Assembly (NCBI GenBank): GCA_021159015.1
Contig: JAGGSQ010000069.1
Location: 1,332 to 65,331 of the forward strand
Source of the DNA: Candidatus Omnitrophota bacterium
Lineage (GTDB): Bacteria; Omnitrophota; Gorgyraeia; Duberdicusellales; Duberdicusellaceae
Reading direction: 5' to 3'
DNA length: 64,000 nucleotides
This document shows positions 28,721-36,697 of the stretch, in pieces (positions within the stretch are counted from its first letter, which is position 1; each line of letters opens with the position of its first letter). The notes below the pieces were generated by a model. The model saw only the letters and a program-made list of their open reading frames with translations. It was not told the DNA's origin and ran no database searches. The position numbers were made by a program, and so were the translations under genes.

Positions 28721-29599
28721 TTACCAGCGGGAACGCATTAAGGCTTTTACGGTAAAATTATATTCACTAACCCCCTGGTCGTACTTTGTATCTTTCATCA
28801 AAATATCAGTGCGGTGGCCGGTCCGCAAATCTTTACACTCTAAAGACATCTGAGCAGGATATTTCTTATCGCCGGCTTTAGTCCAGACCCATTCCCGAAA
28901 AAGCGTCTTAAACAGCTTCCCGTTTTTATCGTAATACTCCTCAAAAATGCCGCCGCCGGTATCTTTATCTATCCACACCTTTCTTTTGGCATAATACCAG
29001 TGCGGCCTTTGGGGATAGCATTCTATAATAAAACACGGCTTGCCGGCGAGTTTAGTTTCTCCTGTTGCTTCAAACTTGTAGCCTTTAAAATTTTCTTCCC
29101 CAACTAATTTATAACTTTCATCTTCAAAACGGCGGGTAGACACCTCTTCTACGGTCATATCCGAGCCCAGAAAAGCATCGTCATTCTGAGAAGCAGAAAT
29201 CTTTCTTACCTTCTTAAGGGAAGGCAGCCAGAGCCAGACATCCTGCTCTCTTTTGGCATCTTCATAAGTCCAAGTTAGAACCGCTAATCCTTTAAGCGCT
29301 GTAGGGTAAGTAAAAGCTACGATATCTTTGTAAGAAATTCCCTCCTGACCTCCTTTTATCATCCGCATTCTTTTCCATATTCGTTTGCGCGTAAATCCAC
29401 TGCGGTCTACATATAAAACCTCCCCTATCTGCATATAATCACGGGCGAAAAAGGAATATTTGTTGTAGTAGGCAATGCGCATAATCTCATCGGCACTCAT
29501 TCCCTCCTGCGGTCGGTAAACTTTATAGTATTCCAGATTGGCCGCAAAAACTAAACTGCCAGCAAACAGCATTCCCCACAAAAGTCCTAGTTTTTTCAC
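28721..29599 (-). CDS. LolA-like outer-membrane lipoprotein-sorting / lipid-carrier protein (DUF1329-like)
   Basis: WLWLPSLKKVRKISASQNDDAFLGSDMTVEEV is characteristic of the LolA-like proteins encoded next to MMPL exporters. The likely start is the GTG (VKKLGLLWGMLFAGSLVFAANL signal peptide) at 29599, overlapping the MMPL stop. The ORF track extends the start to 29704. Confidence 0.6.
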   Translation of the reverse strand: MKKLGLLWGMLFAGSLVFAANLEYYKVYRPQEGMSADEIMRIAYYNKYSFFARDYMQIGEVLYVDRSGFTRKRIWKRMRMIKGGQEGISYKDIVAFTYPTALKGLAVLTWTYEDAKREQDVWLWLPSLKKVRKISASQNDDAFLGSDMTVEEVSTRRFEDESYKLVGEENFKGYKFEATGETKLAGKPCFIIECYPQRPHWYYAKRKVWIDKDTGGGIFEEYYDKNGKLFKTLFREWVWTKAGDKKYPAQMSLECKDLRTGHRTDILMKDTKYDQGVSEYNFTVKALMRSRW

Positions 29600-32046
29600 A
29601 CTCCACCTCCTGTTTTGAAAAAACTTACTTTTCTTCCCCGTCTCTCTACCCCCTTTTTTAATCTTCTCTTTACTCTTCCCCACAAAAAGGCCGGCTTTAG
29701 CCACCAGACCAGCAACGGAACCATTACTAAGGAGATAACCATATTAAGCACCAAGGACAGGCACAAAATTATCCCCAGCTTTGCCTGAAAGAGAATAGGA
29801 GAAAAAACCCATACCAGTATCCCCAGAGAAACTACTGCCCCACTGAAAAATACCGCTTTGCCGCTGGTAATCAAAGTATAATGGAGTATATCCTTATAAG
29901 TATGACGTTTCTGGCGCATCTCATCATACAAACGAGCCAGAATATAAATGCCGTAATTAATCCCCAGCCCTTCGCTTAAAGAGACCAGGGGAAGAATCTC
30001 GGTGGTAATAGAAATCCCCAGAAATCCCAAAAGAGAAAAAATAACTAAGTTGCTAAGAACAAGAGGCAGAAGCAGAAACCAGCCGGCAGTAAAAGAGCGG
30101 TAAATAAAGCTGACATAAAAGAAAATTAAAAGAGAGATAAAGAGAGCATTGGGAAGAATAGTTTTTTTAATGATATCGTTTATGGCATAGAAAATGCCAA
30201 TGTCTCCCCCCGCATAGAGAAATTTTATATCCTTGAATTTATGCTTTTGAAAGTACTGATGCGTTTTCTCCACCGCTAAATTTACCGTAGTTGATTTATG
30301 GTCGCGGAAATCAAATTTAATATTGCAGGATTTCTCGTCGCGGCTGATTAGATGGTCATAATCAGAGGGAAATCCCGAAAGCGTATAAAGAAACCAGTAT
30401 TGGGCAATAACATCGTCTTGGGAAGGAATTTTAAAATATTCTCTCTTGCCAGCAAACATAAACATATTTAAAGCTTTGACTGCATCTACCACGGACAAAG
30501 ACGATCCGACTTGTAGCACCTGCTGCTGGAGATACCTCTGAAAACTATCGATAGCCCTTAATTTATCAGCTTTAAGCAAAGAAGAGGAGGATTTTGCTAG
30601 AATATAGTAGGAATTTGTTCCTCCGAAATTGTCGTTAATAAATTTCTCGGCCCGGTTATAAGGGCTGTGGGGATAAAGATAACTTGAGCCTTCTGTATTG
30701 TCGCCAATAACTATTTTTTTTATCCCTCCCAGAGAAAGCAGGCCGGCAATAATGAAACCCGTAATTAAAATTGTGCCGGCTCTCTTATTCAAAGAGAAAA
30801 TACTTATCTTCGCCAGCATCCTATCTACCCACAGATGCCGTTCTTCTCTTTCCACGGCCAATATTTTAGGCCGGTGCAAAAATGACAAAACACAAGGCGT
30901 AAACATAAAGGAAGTGAAGAAGTTGGCGAAAATGCCCAGCCCGCTGGCCAGAGCCATACTTTTTATGGTAGAAAGAGGCACCATTACCAAAGATAAAAAC
31001 CCGAACCCGTCTGTAAATACACAGGCGAGCCCCGGCAGAAACAAATAGGCCATGGTATTTACTATAGCGTGCTTGCTTTTCATTTTAGGGCTGCGCATTT
31101 CCTCATAATAACGCTTAAGTGTGTGCACAGAATGGCTGATACCTAAAGAAAGAACAATAAAGGGCACCAAGATTGTAGCCGGGTCAAGCCGCAGGCCTAG
31201 AAGTTTCATTGTTCCCATACCCCAGATAGTAGCCATAGAAGAATCTAAAAGAGGCAGGAGTATGCCGCGGCGGGAACGAAAGGTAAAAAACAGAATAAGG
31301 GAAATCACCAGCATACTTACTGCCAATACCTTAAACATAGAAGGAAGGTAAAAATTAAGCCAGCCTTCTAAAATAGGACGGCCGGCAATATAAATCTCGG
31401 TGTTTTTGTCTTCATATTTTTTCTTCAACTTCTGCAAAGTAGAGAATATATAGCTGGTTTTTACTCCCGAATTAAAATCTACCTGGATAAAAGTGGACCG
31501 GAAATCACGCGAGACCATTTTGCCGTAAACATTGGGGTTAATCTCAATTTTTCTTTTCAATTCCTCCCTGCCTCTTTCGTCCTGAGGCGGATAACGCAAA
31601 AGGCGTTCTACAAAAAAACCCTCTTCGTCAGCTACAATATGTTTTATATGGCGGCTGGCTAAAGAATAAACGCGGCTGATATTTACACCCTTAACCAAAT
31701 ACAAATCTTCCGTTAAAGATATCAGCTTATCCAAAAACTTAGCATTAAGAATTGTCCCTTCCTTAACCCGCAGGGCCAAAGATACCTGGTTAAGGCCGCC
31801 GAAGATATGCGTAAGCTGGTGCTGCACTTCTACAAAGGGATGTTTCTGAGGCAGGAAATCTTCCAGGTGTGTTTCTACCTTTATCGTACCTAACACACTA
31901 AGAAAAAATACTGTTAACGCTGTGCAAGCTATAATGATATATATCCGCAGATGCACTATCCTGCGTGCCAGTCTATACTGCCAGCTACTGGTTAGACCTC
32001 TGCTTTCGCCTGAAGCATACTTTATTCTACCGGTGCCTGCTCCCAT
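29596..32046 (-). CDS. MMPL/RND-superfamily exporter (HpnN-like putative lipid exporter)
   Basis: 816 aa with two blocks of ~6 TM helices separated by large periplasmic domains, as in MMPL/SSD-type RND pumps. The start overlaps the upstream aldolase gene by 25 nt. Confidence 0.75.
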   Translation of the reverse strand: MGAGTGRIKYASGESRGLTSSWQYRLARRIVHLRIYIIIACTALTVFFLSVLGTIKVETHLEDFLPQKHPFVEVQHQLTHIFGGLNQVSLALRVKEGTILNAKFLDKLISLTEDLYLVKGVNISRVYSLASRHIKHIVADEEGFFVERLLRYPPQDERGREELKRKIEINPNVYGKMVSRDFRSTFIQVDFNSGVKTSYIFSTLQKLKKKYEDKNTEIYIAGRPILEGWLNFYLPSMFKVLAVSMLVISLILFFTFRSRRGILLPLLDSSMATIWGMGTMKLLGLRLDPATILVPFIVLSLGISHSVHTLKRYYEEMRSPKMKSKHAIVNTMAYLFLPGLACVFTDGFGFLSLVMVPLSTIKSMALASGLGIFANFFTSFMFTPCVLSFLHRPKILAVEREERHLWVDRMLAKISIFSLNKRAGTILITGFIIAGLLSLGGIKKIVIGDNTEGSSYLYPHSPYNRAEKFINDNFGGTNSYYILAKSSSSLLKADKLRAIDSFQRYLQQQVLQVGSSLSVVDAVKALNMFMFAGKREYFKIPSQDDVIAQYWFLYTLSGFPSDYDHLISRDEKSCNIKFDFRDHKSTTVNLAVEKTHQYFQKHKFKDIKFLYAGGDIGIFYAINDIIKKTILPNALFISLLIFFYVSFIYRSFTAGWFLLLPLVLSNLVIFSLLGFLGISITTEILPLVSLSEGLGINYGIYILARLYDEMRQKRHTYKDILHYTLITSGKAVFFSGAVVSLGILVWVFSPILFQAKLGIILCLSLVLNMVISLVMVPLLVWWLKPAFLWGRVKRRLKKGVERRGRKVSFFKTGGGV

Positions 32047-33008
32047 AATTTGAAAGTCCTTACTAATACCGGATACCAGCGGCTCATCTTAGTAAAATCA
32101 CCTTTAGTCTTTACCTTGCCTTGCGTAGAGGCGACAAAAGCATCCAGCTTGCGGTTGAAAACTTTTTTTAATATATCCGCGCGGCCAATGATTAAGAAAT
32201 CCACCCCTTCTGCTTCCTCGCTTACCTTAACTATGCGCCCAGCCTGGTAATGAAAGCAAACTGCCCTGCCGCTATCCTGGTCTTTAACCGCCAGCCGGCA
32301 GGTCAAATCATATTTCCTTCCCAGCTCCTGGGCCTGAGGGTCATTGTTAACCAATTCCGCCAGTTTAGCTATATGCGCGGGTGAAAGCAGTTTGTACTTC
32401 TTTAACGATCCCGGCTCCTGAGGCAGCTCTCTATCCGCGGCCAAAGCGGTGCGGGACTGAGATTTCAGAATCAGGTTTATTTTTGCCTGCTCCTCTAAAA
32501 GTTCAATGAGGCTGAACGCTTCTTTGAAATCCTGGCCTATGCTTACCACCCCGTGCTGTCCTAAAACTACTATATTGGAATCAGCCAGCGCCTCTAAAAC
32601 CGGTGCAATATGGGTAACCGTAGGAGTCTCCTGAGGAACAACTTTTATTTCTCCCAAATAAAATTTCGCCTCAAAAGAAAATATGTCCAGCCTGCCAAAA
32701 TAATGAAAAAAGGCTACTGTATAAGGAGAATGCGAATGCAGGACGACTTTGACGTGAGGGAATTTACTATGTATGCCTAAATGCAAACCCTTCTCGCTGG
32801 TAGCTTCTCCTTTTCCCTCCAAAACATTGCCCTTGCTGTCAACCATAAGAATATCTTCATAAGAAAGCTCTCCCAAATAACAGTCGTGAGAAGTTATAAG
32901 AATACCTTCGTCTACTTTTAAAGAAATATTGCCGCTTCTGGCGCTAACTAAACCCCGTTCATTCAGGCGGCGGGCCCAATAGATTATTTGTTCTTTTTGC
33001 TTATCCAT
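32022..33008 (-). CDS. class II aldolase/adducin-fold protein fused to a C-terminal SCP2-like sterol/lipid-carrier domain (Ald2/DrdA-like)
   Basis: N-terminal half has RRLNERGLVSARSGNISLK and the HSHSPY metal-binding histidines of class II aldolases. C-terminal ~110 aa (DFLIIGRADILKKVFNRKLDAFVASTQGKVKTKGDFTKM) resembles SCP2. I placed the start at MDKQKEQ (ATG 33008). Confidence 0.65.
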   Translation of the reverse strand: MDKQKEQIIYWARRLNERGLVSARSGNISLKVDEGILITSHDCYLGELSYEDILMVDSKGNVLEGKGEATSEKGLHLGIHSKFPHVKVVLHSHSPYTVAFFHYFGRLDIFSFEAKFYLGEIKVVPQETPTVTHIAPVLEALADSNIVVLGQHGVVSIGQDFKEAFSLIELLEEQAKINLILKSQSRTALAADRELPQEPGSLKKYKLLSPAHIAKLAELVNNDPQAQELGRKYDLTCRLAVKDQDSGRAVCFHYQAGRIVKVSEEAEGVDFLIIGRADILKKVFNRKLDAFVASTQGKVKTKGDFTKMSRWYPVLVRTFKLWEQAPVE

Positions 33009-33486
33009 CTCCTTCCTCCTTAATGAGATCAAGCCGAGGCTTCTCGACCTCCCCCAGAAGACTTTCTGCATACATAGGACGTCCGGCTAAAGTAGAAGCA
33101 TCACTATCAGAAAATTTATCTAAATCCAGCTCTGTCCCTGCTGCAAATTTCACATCCACATTGTGATATTTAGCTAATTCATATACATACAAAGAACTAC
33201 TTAAACACAAATATCCATCGTCCATCTTCTTCTGATAAAGAATCAGAAGCTCCTTTATTTTTTGCTGGTAAAAAAGATGCCCCAGCATATTATCAGTACA
33301 ATATAAAAATTCTAAACCAGCAGCAGATAAAGCATCTCTATTCCATCCCAGTCCCAATAAATACGGCCGCAACTCAGGATTTACCAATACGAACCCCCTA
33401 TGAAATTTCTCTTTCAAATAAATAACGGCCTCTTCAGACAAAATTCCCCAAAACAAAACAGCTTTTTTTATATTCGTTATTTCCAT
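33001..33486 (-). CDS. truncated eIF2B/MtnA-like paralog (C-terminal Rossmann-like half only; catalytic motifs absent)
   Basis: ALSAAGLEFLYCTDNMLGHLF...IKELLILYQKKMDDGYLCLSSSLYVYELAKYHNVDVKFAAGTELD parallels the GADR...NKIGTY...VPFYVAA region of MtnA, but lacks the GADR Asp and the upstream CN(T)G Cys. 161 aa. Confidence 0.5.
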   Translation of the reverse strand: MEITNIKKAVLFWGILSEEAVIYLKEKFHRGFVLVNPELRPYLLGLGWNRDALSAAGLEFLYCTDNMLGHLFYQQKIKELLILYQKKMDDGYLCLSSSLYVYELAKYHNVDVKFAAGTELDLDKFSDSDASTLAGRPMYAESLLGEVEKPRLDLIKEEGDG

Positions 33487-34430
33487 TTCCTCTTATCGTT
33501 CAGGCGCAGCTCCTCCAGCCCTACCCAGCCGCTAATCAGTTCTTGGGGCACAATGTCAAAACTGGGATATATAGCCTCTATATTCTCTTTATCAGGTATA
33601 TTCTCTAAAAACATAAAAACTTCCTGCGGGGGACGCTCTTCAATTCCAACCTTTTCTATAGAAAAATCATAAGGATATTGTACAAAAGCATAGACAGGAA
33701 TGTTGTAGATGCCAGCCAGACAGCTTAAAGCATAAGTTCCAACTTTATTAATAATATCTCCCTGTAAATTCGCCCTGTCCGCGCCACAAACTACAGCGTT
33801 AACTTTTTTCTCAGCCATAACTTTAGCAACCTGGTTGTCACAGATAAGAATAGTATTTACCCCTGCTCGCTGCAACTCCCACGTAGTAAGACGTGCTCCT
33901 TGCAGATAAGGACGTGTCTCGCTAACATAAAACCTGTATTCTTTACCTAAATTCCTCAAAGCCTCAGCCAGATAAATTAGCTCCCCGTTAATATTACATA
34001 TGGTAAGAATAGAACTTTGCTGTGGCAAGACCTCAGCTAAGGCGGCGCAGCGCCTGCGGCGGGCTTTGTCAAAACCGTCCAAAAATGTGGCGATTATTTC
34101 AGATAATGGCTTATCTTCTCTCAAAGACTTTTTAAGAAGAGAGGAAAGAGAAAAAAAATCAAAGGTAGGACGCGTGGCTTTGAATTTCTTGGCCACCAAG
34201 TCCGCCAGAGTACTTTTATCCTGGTACTCCTCCTCTAGCAGCTGGCAAGTATAGAAATATAAAAGCACCTGGCCGAAGGCCCGTGTCTTCATCTCGCGCA
34301 GGCAAAACAGGGCATCTTCTAAATTAAGCACCTCCAGATACTTCTCTTCCCAGGGCAGAAGTGTCTCATCCAGAACCAGAATTTTTTTGCCCTGCATCCT
34401 GACTGGAAACGAAAGAGGTGAATTAAACAT
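33477..34430 (-). CDS. mtnA: S-methyl-5-thioribose-1-phosphate / 5-deoxyribose-1-phosphate isomerase (eIF2B-family, MtnA/DrdI-like)
   Basis: LVLDETLLPWEE at the N-terminus. TICNINGELIYLAEA with the catalytic Cys. SETRPYLQGARLTTWEL. CGADRANLQGDIINKVGTY with the catalytic Asp. Confidence 0.75.
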   Translation of the reverse strand: MFNSPLSFPVRMQGKKILVLDETLLPWEEKYLEVLNLEDALFCLREMKTRAFGQVLLYFYTCQLLEEEYQDKSTLADLVAKKFKATRPTFDFFSLSSLLKKSLREDKPLSEIIATFLDGFDKARRRRCAALAEVLPQQSSILTICNINGELIYLAEALRNLGKEYRFYVSETRPYLQGARLTTWELQRAGVNTILICDNQVAKVMAEKKVNAVVCGADRANLQGDIINKVGTYALSCLAGIYNIPVYAFVQYPYDFSIEKVGIEERPPQEVFMFLENIPDKENIEAIYPSFDIVPQELISGWVGLEELRLNDKRKWK

Positions 34431-35163
34431 CTGAATCTAAAACAAATTCGAATACTCCCTTAATCATTTTCTCCTGAGCCTCGAACAGCTTAAAATCAGA
34501 AAAACCTAATTCTCCGGTTATTAGATTATCGGAAGCCAGAAGCACCGCACAACTCTTTTTGCCGTAAAGGTTAGCCAGGGTAACAAAGGGACTGGTCACC
34601 ATATCCACAGCAATGGCCCCTTTGGCGATGTAAGAGTTGACTATTTCTTTTGCCTCCCGGAACAAAGCGTCTGTTGTCCATATGCCGCCTCTATGCACTT
34701 TGCCTTTTTTCTCCATAACTTTACACAGCTTATCTGACAAGTCTTTATCTACCGCAGGCGAGAAATCATCCTTGACATAATAACGCGTAGCACCATCTCC
34801 CCGCAGGATTTTATCGGCAATAATAAAATTTCCTATCTCAATATCTTCTCGCAATGCCCCGCAGGAGCCCAGCCGCACCAATATGTCTATGCCGGCATTA
34901 CAGAGAAGCTCGGTAACAAAGGCGGAGTCGGGAGAATAAAAGCCGCCGTTGCCTACGGTAATCTTTCTGCCCTTATAGAACCCTGTCCAGAAAGTATAGC
35001 CTAAGAAGGTAAAATTCTTCGTCGGCCTCTCCAGCATATCCAGGCACAATTTAGCTCTCTGCGGCTGGCCGGAGACAAGAGCAATCTTGCCAAAATCGCC
35101 TTCTTTGAACTGTAAGTGCTCCAGCAAATCTTTCGGTTTTAAGTGGACATCCCGCTGCATCAT
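34423..35163 (-). CDS. DeoD-type purine/5'-deoxynucleoside phosphorylase (PNP/UDP family I)
   Basis: GQPQRAKLCLDML...TGFYKGRKITVGNGGFY...VRLGSCGAL aligns to E. coli DeoD (GDPLRAKYIAE...TGTYKGRKISVMGHGMG...RVGSCGA). 246 aa. Confidence 0.75.
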   Translation of the reverse strand: MMQRDVHLKPKDLLEHLQFKEGDFGKIALVSGQPQRAKLCLDMLERPTKNFTFLGYTFWTGFYKGRKITVGNGGFYSPDSAFVTELLCNAGIDILVRLGSCGALREDIEIGNFIIADKILRGDGATRYYVKDDFSPAVDKDLSDKLCKVMEKKGKVHRGGIWTTDALFREAKEIVNSYIAKGAIAVDMVTSPFVTLANLYGKKSCAVLLASDNLITGELGFSDFKLFEAQEKMIKGVFEFVLDSDV

Positions 35164-35213
35164 AACAAATTTCCTCCTTAATGTTTTTACTACCCCTGCT
35201 GCTCTGCAAAAGT

Positions 35214-36686
35214 TTAGACGTAAAGTTCGTCGGTTTGAGATGCTTTCTCAAAACGTGACATATTCTCCATATAAGAACGGAAGCAAAGCCCTACTAAAGG
35301 ATGATAAATCCTATTGTGCAGTATCCTTTCTACGCGTCCGGGCTTAGAATAGAATTCCCGCAAGGCCCAGGCTCCCAGCCTCCCAATAGCTTCCTGGGAC
35401 AAATGTTCAGTAGGAACCACAGGATGGTGAAAGTCCCAGGTTTTTAAATCGTCGAATTTGACCCAGCCTCTTTCTACATATTTAGGCCATATAGGAGAGC
35501 CAGGCATAGGCGTAAGATACTGTAGGGCGCAGATATCCGGGTCTATTCTGTCTACCGCTTCAAAACGCTTCTTTATTCTATATTCATCATCATTCTCAAA
35601 GCCCATCATCCAGGTAAGGACAGTAGCAATCCCTGCTTCTTTCAATTTAGCTACTGTCTCCTCTACCTGTTCTACGGTAATACCTTTGCCTAACTCCTCT
35701 AACTCTTCGTCCGTGGCTACCTCAATTCCCGCCAAAGCTAAAAAACAGCCTGCCTCTTTCATTTTAGGAAATAAATCTACATCCCGCAGGTAATAAGGAG
35801 CACGGCCTAAAAAGCACCAGGAAACCTTTTTGCTCAGACCCCGCTTAATCATATCCTCAATAAACTCTTCCATGCGCTGACGGGAGACATTGAAGCAGTC
35901 GTCCATCATGGTAACTACTTTTACCCCGAACTTATCGTGAAGAAGCTCCAGCTCGTCCGCTACGAGTTTGCCAGAACGAGCCCGAAAAAATCTTAAATCA
36001 GCGTTTCCCCGCGAGTCAAACTGCGACCACTCATAGCAAAAATTGCAACCGGCCGGACATCCCCGCGAGTTCCAGGTTTCTGTATAATGCTTCCAATAAT
36101 CATGCCCTACATATTTCTCCATAGGAAACAAATCATAAGCGGGCATAGGCAGTTCGTCCAGATTCTTTATTAACCCACGGTAGGAGGTAAGCACTATCTC
36201 TTCTCCCTCACGGAAAGCAAGACCTTTCACCTCTTTTACCTCTCTGCCGGACGCTATTGCTTCCACCAGCTCCACAAAGCTTATGTCCTGCTCTCCTACC
36301 AGACAATAATCAATCCAGGGGTTCCTCCTGAGAATCTGGCGCGGTGCAGAAGCATAAACCAAGCCGCCAGCAATAATAGTAATTTCGGGATACTTCTCTT
36401 TAACCAGCTTGGCTGCCTGATTATAACGGTAAACCACTGCCGCCCCTCCGGTAGTATGCAGAATATCTCCTATATGAATGATGTCCGGACGGGCTTTACC
36501 AATCTCCTCCAGCATCTGCTCGTTGCTCATTTCCCAGGCGCGACAGTCCAGAACCTGCAAAGCATATTCGGGATGCTTCTGGCGCAGAAGCGCGGCTATT
36601 TGCGCCTGCCCTATATTGGGCGCACGGTGTTTCCCCCAGGTTGACCAGGCACCTAAATTGGGCTGAAGAAACATTACTTTCATCAT
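35214..36686 (-). CDS. B12-binding-domain radical SAM protein (class B rSAM)
   Basis: N-terminal cobalamin-binding Rossmann-like domain, then the CPAGCNFCYEW CxxxCxxC rSAM cluster motif. 490 aa. Confidence 0.8.
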   Translation of the reverse strand: MMKVMFLQPNLGAWSTWGKHRAPNIGQAQIAALLRQKHPEYALQVLDCRAWEMSNEQMLEEIGKARPDIIHIGDILHTTGGAAVVYRYNQAAKLVKEKYPEITIIAGGLVYASAPRQILRRNPWIDYCLVGEQDISFVELVEAIASGREVKEVKGLAFREGEEIVLTSYRGLIKNLDELPMPAYDLFPMEKYVGHDYWKHYTETWNSRGCPAGCNFCYEWSQFDSRGNADLRFFRARSGKLVADELELLHDKFGVKVVTMMDDCFNVSRQRMEEFIEDMIKRGLSKKVSWCFLGRAPYYLRDVDLFPKMKEAGCFLALAGIEVATDEELEELGKGITVEQVEETVAKLKEAGIATVLTWMMGFENDDEYRIKKRFEAVDRIDPDICALQYLTPMPGSPIWPKYVERGWVKFDDLKTWDFHHPVVPTEHLSQEAIGRLGAWALREFYSKPGRVERILHNRIYHPLVGLCFRSYMENMSRFEKASQTDELYV

Positions 36687-36697
36687 AAACTCCTTTT

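Noticed and set aside
35051-35347. ORFs 35051..35251(-) and 35087..35347(+) at the phosphorylase/rSAM junction
   Set aside because: The real intergenic gap is only 50 nt. Both ORFs overlap the flanking genes.
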